Origin: Betaproteobacteria bacterium
Lineage (GTDB): Bacteria > Pseudomonadota > Gammaproteobacteria > Burkholderiales > Ga0077523
Direction of reading: 5' to 3'
Assembly (NCBI GenBank): GCA_043744975.1
Contig: JAYTTO010000054.1
Location: 1 to 33,791, forward strand
Length of the DNA: 33,791 bases
Part shown: piece by piece, positions 8,578 through 15,715 of the stretch
How the letters are laid out: each line of letters starts with the position of its first letter
Numbering within the stretch: the first letter of the stretch is position 1
The notes under the pieces: model-generated
Database searches by the model: none
Told to the model about the DNA's origin: nothing
Seen by the model: only the letters and a program-made list of their open reading frames with translations
Translations under genes and position numbers: made by a program

Positions 8578-8701
8578 GCTGATCTCCTCGGTGTGGTGGC
8601 AGTGCGGCAGCGCGCGTGCCGCTTCATCAGCCGCCCGGGGCCGGGACCGGGGTCGGTCGCAGGTGGGGGCAACCCGTAGTCTGGCGCCCGGAATCCCAAG
8701 C

Positions 8702-8717
8702 GTCCAATATATTGGAC
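8702..8717. promoter_or_regulatory. Perfect 16-bp palindrome GTCCAATATATTGGAC in the ilvD/LysR divergent promoter region (candidate LTTR operator)
   Basis: I read the palindrome directly from the sequence. It lies 25 nt upstream of the LysR ATG and 125 nt upstream of the ilvD ATG, inside a locally AT-rich patch. Confidence 0.4.
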
Positions 8718-8741
8718 CGTGCTTTCTGATACTTTTTACAG

Positions 8742-9650
8742 ATGAACTTCGAACTGCGTCACCTGCGCTATTTCGTCGCGGTCGCCGAGGAACTCCACTT
8801 CGGCCGGGCGGCGGTGCGGCTGCATATCTCGCAACCGCCGCTGTCGATGCAGATCCGGGCGCTGGAACGTGCGGTCGGGGCTCAACTGCTGCTGCGCACA
8901 CAGCGCCACGTGTCCCTCACCAACGCAGGCGCCGTGTTCCTCAAGGAGTCACGCGCGATCCTGGACCGGGTGCAGAGCGCCACGCTGCTGGCCGAGCGGG
9001 CCGGACGCGGCGAGGTCGGCGAACTGGTCATCGGATTCATCAGCAACGCCAACTTCAACGTACTGCCCCCGCTGTTGCGCGAGTTCCGGACCCGCATGCC
9101 CGAGGTGCGGCTGCAACTGCGGGAAGCCACGACCGACAGGCAACTGGAAGAGCTGATCGATGGGCGGATGGACACCGGGCTCGTTTTGCCGCCGGTCGAC
9201 GATCCCCGTCTGCACTACCGCCCGACATTCCGCGAATCGCTCGTGGTGGCGTTGCCGGCTCAGCACCCGCTGGCGAACCGCGAGGGGCGCATCCGGCTCG
9301 CGAGCCTGGCGGACGCCCCGTTCGTCCTGTTTCCGCGCCCGCTTGCCCCCGGCCTGTACGACGACATCTTCAGCTACTGCCGGCGCTGCGGGTTCAGTCC
9401 GCGCGTCGAGCAGGAAGCGGTGCAGATGCAGACCATCGTGAGCCTGGTCTCGGCCGAAATCGGCGTGGCGCTGATTCCCCAGTCCCTCGAGCACCTGGGT
9501 CGCACCGGCGTCGTCTACAAAGCGCTGGAGGAGCCGAGCCCGGTTATCGAGATCGGCCTGGCCTGGCGGCGCGACGATCCGCTGCCGACCCTTGCGGCAT
9601 TTCTCGAGGTGGCATTCGCGGTCGCGCCCTATAGCCCGCCAGCGTCATGA
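8742..9650 (+). CDS. LysR-family transcriptional regulator
   Basis: The N-terminal HTH is [42 protein letters not shown], followed by a LysR substrate-binding domain. The gene is divergent from ilvD, and its stop overlaps the tsaE start (ATGA at 9647-9650). Confidence 0.9.
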   Translation: MNFELRHLRYFVAVAEELHFGRAAVRLHISQPPLSMQIRALERAVGAQLLLRTQRHVSLTNAGAVFLKESRAILDRVQSATLLAERAGRGEVGELVIGFISNANFNVLPPLLREFRTRMPEVRLQLREATTDRQLEELIDGRMDTGLVLPPVDDPRLHYRPTFRESLVVALPAQHPLANREGRIRLASLADAPFVLFPRPLAPGLYDDIFSYCRRCGFSPRVEQEAVQMQTIVSLVSAEIGVALIPQSLEHLGRTGVVYKALEEPSPVIEIGLAWRRDDPLPTLAAFLEVAFAVAPYSPPAS

Positions 9651-10114
9651 CACACAGACGCCGGCTGTTGCCGGATGAAGCCGCCACCCTGGCCCTCGGC
9701 CGGGAGCTGTCGACGGGCTTGGCGCCCGGGACGGTGATCCACCTCCAGGGCGACCTCGGCGCCGGCAAGACCACCCTGGTTCGGGGACTCCTGCGCGGGC
9801 TCGGATTCGAGGGGCGCGTGAAGAGCCCGACATTCTCCCTGGTTGAACTTTATGAAGTTTCCAAGTTATCCTTGTACCACTTTGATTTTTATAGATTCGA
9901 CGATCCCGGTGCTTGGCTGGATGCAGGCTTCGGGGATTGCTTCGACGGCACCCATGTCTGCTGCATCGAATGGCCCGGGAAAGCCGGCGGCACGCTGCCC
10001 GCAGCCGACCTCGAGGTTCGCCTCGAACCGGCCCCCGGCGCGGGCCGCCAAGTGTGGATGGAAGCACGGTCAACCAAAGGCGAACGATGTCTAGAAGGGC
10101 TGCATCCCGATTGA
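9647..10114 (+). CDS. tsaE: tRNA threonylcarbamoyladenosine (t6A) biosynthesis ATPase TsaE
   Basis: It has the Walker A motif GDLGAGKTTLVRGL, then SPTFSLVELY and LYHFDFYR, which are signature blocks of TsaE/YjeE. Confidence 0.9.
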   Translation: MTHRRRLLPDEAATLALGRELSTGLAPGTVIHLQGDLGAGKTTLVRGLLRGLGFEGRVKSPTFSLVELYEVSKLSLYHFDFYRFDDPGAWLDAGFGDCFDGTHVCCIEWPGKAGGTLPAADLEVRLEPAPGAGRQVWMEARSTKGERCLEGLHPD

Positions 10115-11724
10115 CGCAGCGGTTGGCAACGGCGACCACGGCCGCGCTGGCCTGGCTTGCCGTGGGCGTGGTGCCGGCCGCTGCCGCGCAACTGACGGCG
10201 GCCCGGGTCTGGCCAGCGCCGGACTACACCCGGCTGACACTGGAGGCGCCGGCGCCGATCACCTATCGGCTCTCGACCCTGCGGGATCCGGCGCGCCTGG
10301 TACTCGAGCTCGACGACATCGACCCGAATCCGGCACTCGATGCGCTGCCCTCGCGCATCGCCCCGGGCGATCCCTGCATCTCGGCGGCGCGCATCGCCCG
10401 CGACAAACCGGGATCGATCCGGCTGGTGTTCGACCTCAAGACCGACGTCCAACCCCAGGCGTTCGTGCTCAAGCCGGTCGGAGACTACGGCTACCGCCTG
10501 GTCCTCGACATCTTCCCGGCAAACGGTTACGACCCGCTGATGGCGTTGCTGCAACGGAACGACCGCAACGCGGGCCAGCAGCCTTCCACCTTCGCTCACG
10601 CGCCCATGGACGGCGGGGTCGGCATGGCCGAGTGGGCCCCTTCGCTCCCCGGGATTCCAACCAGCCCTGCATTGACTGCCACACTTCGGATCAGGCCGGA
10701 TACCGGCGCCGTTGCGGCAATTCCGGTCCAGTCCGGCACCGACCGTCGGCGCGGGACGATGGCGACCATCGCGATCGATGCCGGACACGGCGGGGAGGAT
10801 CCCGGGGCGCGCGGCAGCCGCGGCACCTTCGAGAAGGACGTGACGCTCGCGATCGCACGGCAACTGAAGGGGCTCATCGACGATCAGCCGGGGATGCGCG
10901 CCATGCTGATCCGCGACGGCGACTACTTCGTCCCCCTCGGCCAGCGCGTCAACAAGGCGCGCGCGTTCGGCGCCGATGTTTTCGTGTCGATCCATGCCGA
11001 TGCGTTCGACCAGCCACGCGCCCGCGGCTCATCCGTGTTCGCGCTGTCGGAACGCGGCGCGACATCGGCAGCAGCACGCTGGCTGGCCAAGAAAGAGAAC
11101 GAGGCCGATCTGATCGGTGGCGCGAACATCGACGTCGCCGATCCGACCCTCAAGCAGGTGCTGCTCGACCTGTCACAGACGGCCACGATCAATGCCAGCC
11201 TCAGACTGGGGAAGGCAGTCCTGGGTCGCATCGGCGAGGTCAACACGCTCCACAAGGCGCAGGTCGAGCAGGCCGGATTCGCCGTTCTCAAGGCGCCGGA
11301 CATTCCGTCCATCCTGGTCGAAACGGCGTTCATCAGCAACCGGCAGGAAGAGGCCCGGCTCAAGGACGAGGACTACCAGCGCGAGCTTGCGCAGGCCATT
11401 CTCGAGGGCCTGACCCGCTACCTCGGCGCAGGCAACCATATGGCGCCCGCACCGATGAAAGCGGTCCATACCGCCGCCGACAACCGGACCGGCGACGCGG
11501 TCGCAATGCGCCAAATGGTCAAGCTCGTCTCAATCGCACCGCGGCGATCGCCGGTCCAGCGCGAGGCGTCGACGGCGAAGCTTCAGCGTCCCATCCCCAT
11601 CCGCTCCACCCCCGCGCCGACGCTCGCACGCTGCTCTGCGGACCGGAAACCCAGGTCCGACGCGGCGAGGGACTGCTCGAAGCCGGCGATGCAACGCGCC
11701 CGCCTGGCGCTTCGCACGCAGTGA
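10087..11724 (+). CDS. amiC: N-acetylmuramoyl-L-alanine amidase (AMIN domain + amidase_3) with basic C-terminal tail
   Basis: ATG at 10087 gives MSRRAASRL... (Tat-like n-region). An AMIN-like block (ARVWPAPDYTRLTLE...LVLELDD) is followed by the catalytic block IAIDAGHGGEDPGA...VFVSIHADA...LVETAFISN. The start overlaps the tsaE 3' end by 28 nt. Confidence 0.85.
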   Translation: MSRRAASRLTQRLATATTAALAWLAVGVVPAAAAQLTAARVWPAPDYTRLTLEAPAPITYRLSTLRDPARLVLELDDIDPNPALDALPSRIAPGDPCISAARIARDKPGSIRLVFDLKTDVQPQAFVLKPVGDYGYRLVLDIFPANGYDPLMALLQRNDRNAGQQPSTFAHAPMDGGVGMAEWAPSLPGIPTSPALTATLRIRPDTGAVAAIPVQSGTDRRRGTMATIAIDAGHGGEDPGARGSRGTFEKDVTLAIARQLKGLIDDQPGMRAMLIRDGDYFVPLGQRVNKARAFGADVFVSIHADAFDQPRARGSSVFALSERGATSAAARWLAKKENEADLIGGANIDVADPTLKQVLLDLSQTATINASLRLGKAVLGRIGEVNTLHKAQVEQAGFAVLKAPDIPSILVETAFISNRQEEARLKDEDYQRELAQAILEGLTRYLGAGNHMAPAPMKAVHTAADNRTGDAVAMRQMVKLVSIAPRRSPVQREASTAKLQRPIPIRSTPAPTLARCSADRKPRSDAARDCSKPAMQRARLALRTQ

Positions 11725-12320
11725 CCAGCATCACCGGCATTCTCTTGGCCGCAGGGGCCGGAAGCCGTTTCGGCGGCGGCAAACTGCTGCATCCGCTGCC
11801 GGGGAGCGGGGTGCCGCTGGCGCTCGCGTCGTGCCGTCGTCTGCGCCAGGCGATCGATCGGGTATGCGTGGTGGTCCGCGCCGGCGATGCGGGCGTCATT
11901 GAGCTGTTCGAGAATGAAGACGTCTGCGTGGTGCCCTGCGAGGATGCCACCGAGGGCATGGGACACAGCATCGCGTGCGGCGTTGCCGCCATGGCCGATG
12001 CCGATGGCTGGGTGATCGCACTGGGCGACATGCCCGGGGTCGCACCCGATACCATAGGCGCCATCGCGCGCTCGCTCGGACTGGGAGCCGCCATCAGCGT
12101 CCCGACATTCGACGGCCGGCGGGGTCACCCGGTTGGGTTCGGCGGCCGCTTCCTGCACGAACTCGCCGCGCTTACCGGCGACATCGGTGCCCGCGAGGTC
12201 CTTCACGCACACCGGGATCTGGTGCGCGAAGTTCCGGTTGACGACCCGGGTATCCACGCGGATATCGACACCCGGTCCGACCTGGACCGCCTGGCGGGCT
12301 GCCGACCGCAACGGTCGTAA
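11721..12320 (+). CDS. MobA/MocA-like nucleotidyltransferase family protein
   Basis: The GTG start overlaps the amiC stop (GTGA at 11721-11724). The N-terminal ILLAAGAGSRFGGGKLL motif and DMPGV...GHPV blocks are typical of molybdenum-cofactor cytidylyl/guanylyl-transferase-like NTP transferases. Confidence 0.7.
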   Translation: MTSITGILLAAGAGSRFGGGKLLHPLPGSGVPLALASCRRLRQAIDRVCVVVRAGDAGVIELFENEDVCVVPCEDATEGMGHSIACGVAAMADADGWVIALGDMPGVAPDTIGAIARSLGLGAAISVPTFDGRRGHPVGFGGRFLHELAALTGDIGAREVLHAHRDLVREVPVDDPGIHADIDTRSDLDRLAGCRPQRS

Positions 12321-12342
12321 TATCGGCGAAGTCCCCCCGCCC

Positions 12343-15300
12343 CTATGGCTTCAACATCATGTTCTTGAGCGATCCAAGCACGCCGTAATTGCCGCGAAAC
12401 TGGTTGCCGGAGGTTTTCAGCTCGACCAATAGCCGCCCGCTGACATTCTGGTCGGCGGCGATCTCGAACTGTCCGCTCGCGACCAGCAGGCCGGATTGGA
12501 GCCGCAGATTGCGGTACTGGTAGCGGCCGTTGTTCACCGTCAGTGTGCCACCCAGTTCGTCGAACCTGCTGCGCCCCCCGCGCACCCCTTCGCGGGACTG
12601 CGACTGAAGGGCGCGCACCAGGTCGACCCCGTTGACGTTGCCCTTGTGCAGATTGAAACCCGCCTGCACCTGGGGGGCACCGAACAGCTTGCCGGGCACT
12701 GGTGCTGTCATCTGGAAATGAACCTTGGTGTCGAGTTGACCGCTCGATGTTGCATCTTTCGTCGCCGTCGCCAGCAGCGGGAACAGTTCGACGCGGGTGG
12801 TCTCGAAATCTCCTTCGAGGCGCCAGCCGGCATTCCAGGTGAGGCGCGCGTTGCCGGTGACCGTACCGCCGTACAGACGCCCGTCGACGGACGCAAGCGT
12901 GATCCCGTCGGGAGCAATCGTTCCCTTCGCGACCAAGTCGTCGAATACGACCGGGGGCCCGGCGAACATCGTGAAGCCGCGTCCGGTCACGTCGATGCCG
13001 ATGCCCTGCTCCGCGCGCGTGATCTCGGCGCGGATGGAACCGTCGGAAGTCTTGACGCTGCCGGTGCGGAAGGTGCCGTCCGGGGCCAACAGCACCTCGG
13101 CATCGAACGTCGGCAGCTTCAGGTCAGGCACGGCGACCGTGGTGTCGCGGAAGAGCACGCGGCGGACCTCGGCTTCGCCCGCGCCCACGGCATTGCGCGG
13201 CCAGTTGCCGACCCGCGACAACACGTCGGCGTTGGCAGAGGTGCCTTCCAGGACGATGCGCTTGACGATGATGTGGTCGCCCAGCAGCGACGACAGTTCG
13301 ATTTGCGCCTTGGCAGTACGAACCTGGATGTCGAGTTGCTTGCCGATACGGATCCCGTCGAAACGGAACTCGAACCCGTCCACCACCGACATCCGCATTT
13401 CCGCGATCGTCACCGGCTCGCCGATCCGACGCGACGCGATACCCTGGACGGTGGGGATATAGGACGACATCGGCATGAACTGCAGTGCTGCCAGCAGACC
13501 CACCACCAGGACCACGAAGCCGATCACCCATGACTGCGCCTGCCTCCAGGGCGGCACCTGACGCGACTTGAGCAAGGCTGCACGCTTGGCTTTCTGGCGG
13601 TCGCGTTCCTCCTGTTCGGCACGCTGCGTGGCCAGAGCCTCCTCGCGCTGCCGCCGGTCCGCCTCCAGCTTGGCGCTCTCCGCCTTGCGCCTGGCGTCCT
13701 CTTCACGGGCGCGCCGCTCCTCACGCTCCGAAGCCTTGCGCTGGGCCTCCTCCTTCTGCCGACGGGCAGACTCGTCGCGTTCCCGCTGCTCCTCGCGCTC
13801 CCGGGCGCGCTGGGCGGCCTCGGCGATCGCCCGCGATTCGGCCTCGCGCCGGGCGACTTCCTCGCGCTCGGCCTGCTCCATCGCTTCCCGCGCCTGCTCC
13901 TCCAGCCGCAGGCGCATTTCTTCTTCCTCGAGCGCCTGGCGCAGCGCATCCTCCTGGCTGCCGAACTCGTCGCCGAGGTCGATCTCGGCCATCGCCGGCA
14001 AGCCGAGCGGGTCAGCCGCCGGTTCGACCAAGCCCGCAAGCACCTGCACCCCCGGGGCCTCGGGTCCAGCGGCGCGCGCGCTCAACGCCGCGGCCTCCCC
14101 TCGCGCGGCCGCCACCAGAAGCCGGACGCGTTCGTCGTCCTCGCGACGCCGGCGATCCGTCTCCTCGCGTGCTGCGAGCTCCGCCGTCTCCTGCTCGCGT
14201 CGCGCGGCCTCCGCTTGCTCGCGCTCGCGGTCGAGCCGAGCCTCGGTTTCTTCGCGGACCCGGGCCTCCGATTCGACCCGACCCCGACTCCGACGCTGCT
14301 GTTCCTCTGCAGCGAGTTCCCGCTCTCGCTCCGCTTCGAGGCGCCGACGATCGGCCTCCTCGTACTCACGCCGCTCGGCTGCTTCCCGGGCCTCTGTCGC
14401 CTGCCGGTCGAGGCGCTTGCGTTCGTCCGCTTCCCGCTGGTTGCGTTCGGCCTCTTCCCGCGCGAGACGATCGGCTTCGTCGAAAGCCTTGCGTGCCTCT
14501 CCCTCGACCCGTGCACGCTCGGCTTGTGCGCGGTCGCGCTGCTCCGCCTCCGCGCGGGCCTTGGCGGTGTCTTCCTCGATACCCCGGCGCGCTTCCTCCT
14601 CGAAGCGCTTGCGCTCGGTTTCCTCGCGAGCGATGCGCTCAGCCTCCTCGCGTGCCTTGCGGGCTTCCGCTTCGATGCGCTGGCGCTCTTCCTCCTCACG
14701 GCGCTTGCGTTCGGCTTCCTCCCGGGCGATGCGCTCCGCCGCCTCACGTGCCTTGCGGGCTTCCTCTTCGCGGCGCTTGCGTTCGGCCTCCTCGCGGGAG
14801 ATGCGCTCTGCCTCCTCGCGCGCCTTGCGGGCTTCGTCCTCAATGCGCTTGCGCTCTGCAGCGTCCGCGGCAAGCCGCGCCTGCTCATCGGCACGCTTTC
14901 GCTCCGCCTCTACGCGCTGGCGCTCGGCATCGAGCTTCCGGCGCGTATCTTCCTCGAACAACGCGCGGCGCTCGGCCTCGTCCCTGGTCTTTGCCTCCGT
15001 TGCGAGTTTCAGCTTCTGTTCGGCGTCCTGCCGGGCCCGGAGTTCTGCCGCCCCGCGGGCTTGCCGCTCCGCTTCGGCGCGAGCCCGCACTTCGGCCTCG
15101 ACCCACGCCTTCTTGTCTGCCACCTGTCGGGCCGCGGCTTCCGCCTGCTCGCGGACGGAACGTTCAGCGTCCTCACGAGCCCGCGTCGCGTTCGTCTCGG
15201 ACGTCTTGCGTTCGGACTCCTCGCGGGCACGCTGCTCGGTCTGGGCGCTGGTGTAGAAACCGGGCTTGCGCGGGGCGCCGAGCAGGCTGGTGAAGTCGAG

Positions 15301-15570
15301 GTCGTCGACAGCGGCGATGCCACCCGGTGGGGGCGGTACCTGAACCGAGACCACCACTTCCTTGATGAATCCCAGATCCGACAGCTGCCGAAGTTGCAGC
15401 AGAAGTTCCTTGTCGGGTACGCGGCCGAACTTCTCCTGGAGGTCGTCGAACCCGGAACGTCCGTCGATCAGGTTGAGCAGCTTGAACAGATCCCGCGAAA
15501 GGCTTCTCGACTTGTTCTTGATTTCGAGGAGGCCTTTGCCGGTCTTGGAGAAGATGGTGGACTTGTCCAT
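12343..15570 (-). CDS. Large membrane-anchored protein: winged-helix-like N-domain, long E/R/A/K-rich charged helical region, single TM helix, AsmA-like C-terminal domain
   Basis: This is a single 1075-codon ORF. Residues 1-75 resemble a wHTH (LFKLLNLIDGRSGFDDLQEKFG..LRQLSDLGFI). Residues ~111-484 and ~541-670 are almost purely E/R/A/K/D/Q. The TM helix is WVIGFVVLVVGLLAALQF (nt 13471-13530). The beta-rich tail ending ...FDELGGTLTVNNGRYQYRNLRLQSGLLVASGQFEI resembles AsmA C-terminal regions. Confidence 0.8.
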   Translation of the reverse strand: MDKSTIFSKTGKGLLEIKNKSRSLSRDLFKLLNLIDGRSGFDDLQEKFGRVPDKELLLQLRQLSDLGFIKEVVVSVQVPPPPGGIAAVDDLDFTSLLGAPRKPGFYTSAQTEQRAREESERKTSETNATRAREDAERSVREQAEAAARQVADKKAWVEAEVRARAEAERQARGAAELRARQDAEQKLKLATEAKTRDEAERRALFEEDTRRKLDAERQRVEAERKRADEQARLAADAAERKRIEDEARKAREEAERISREEAERKRREEEARKAREAAERIAREEAERKRREEEERQRIEAEARKAREEAERIAREETERKRFEEEARRGIEEDTAKARAEAEQRDRAQAERARVEGEARKAFDEADRLAREEAERNQREADERKRLDRQATEAREAAERREYEEADRRRLEAERERELAAEEQQRRSRGRVESEARVREETEARLDREREQAEAARREQETAELAAREETDRRRREDDERVRLLVAAARGEAAALSARAAGPEAPGVQVLAGLVEPAADPLGLPAMAEIDLGDEFGSQEDALRQALEEEEMRLRLEEQAREAMEQAEREEVARREAESRAIAEAAQRAREREEQRERDESARRQKEEAQRKASEREERRAREEDARRKAESAKLEADRRQREEALATQRAEQEERDRQKAKRAALLKSRQVPPWRQAQSWVIGFVVLVVGLLAALQFMPMSSYIPTVQGIASRRIGEPVTIAEMRMSVVDGFEFRFDGIRIGKQLDIQVRTAKAQIELSSLLGDHIIVKRIVLEGTSANADVLSRVGNWPRNAVGAGEAEVRRVLFRDTTVAVPDLKLPTFDAEVLLAPDGTFRTGSVKTSDGSIRAEITRAEQGIGIDVTGRGFTMFAGPPVVFDDLVAKGTIAPDGITLASVDGRLYGGTVTGNARLTWNAGWRLEGDFETTRVELFPLLATATKDATSSGQLDTKVHFQMTAPVPGKLFGAPQVQAGFNLHKGNVNGVDLVRALQSQSREGVRGGRSRFDELGGTLTVNNGRYQYRNLRLQSGLLVASGQFEIAADQNVSGRLLVELKTSGNQFRGNYGVLGSLKNMMLKP
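14593..14832 (-). repeat. In-frame tandem repeat inside the large protein gene: three 72-nt (24-aa) copies plus a 24-nt insert
   Basis: The copies lie at 14593-14664, 14689-14760 and 14761-14832 and encode ARKAREEAERI(A/S)REE(A/T)ERKR(R/F)EEE. By my hand alignment, copies 2 and 3 share 63 of 72 nt. Confidence 0.85.
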
Positions 15571-15627
15571 TCTTGCCTGGGGAATCGGAAGACCGAAGCT
15601 GCGTGCCCTGGTTGTAGGAGGGGATGA

Positions 15628-15651
15628 CCTGCCGTTTCCCGGGTCGGCAGG
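15628..15651 (-). terminator. GC hairpin (CCTGCCG-N10-CGGCAGG) in the pntB / large-protein spacer; possible weak terminator or processing site
   Basis: The 7-bp perfect stem is seen in the sequence. There is no U-tract on the minus strand, so termination may be partial at best. Confidence 0.25.
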
Positions 15652-15715
15652 CTGTCACCAGTCGATTACAGGCATGTGCCGCCGCCAGTCGGCTGGTGCC
15701 ACAGTTGCCTGATAT

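Noticed and set aside
13568-15627. There are very long plus-strand ORFs (562, 470 and 374 aa) and extra minus-strand ORFs overlapping the charged-helix region of the large protein gene.
   Set aside because: They are Ser/Arg/Ala/Leu/Pro-rich mirror images of the GAG/GAA/CGC/GCC codon repeats. They have no recognisable motifs, and any antisense or shifted frame stays open in such sequence. Only the minus-strand 1075-aa frame has a TM helix and structured end domains.
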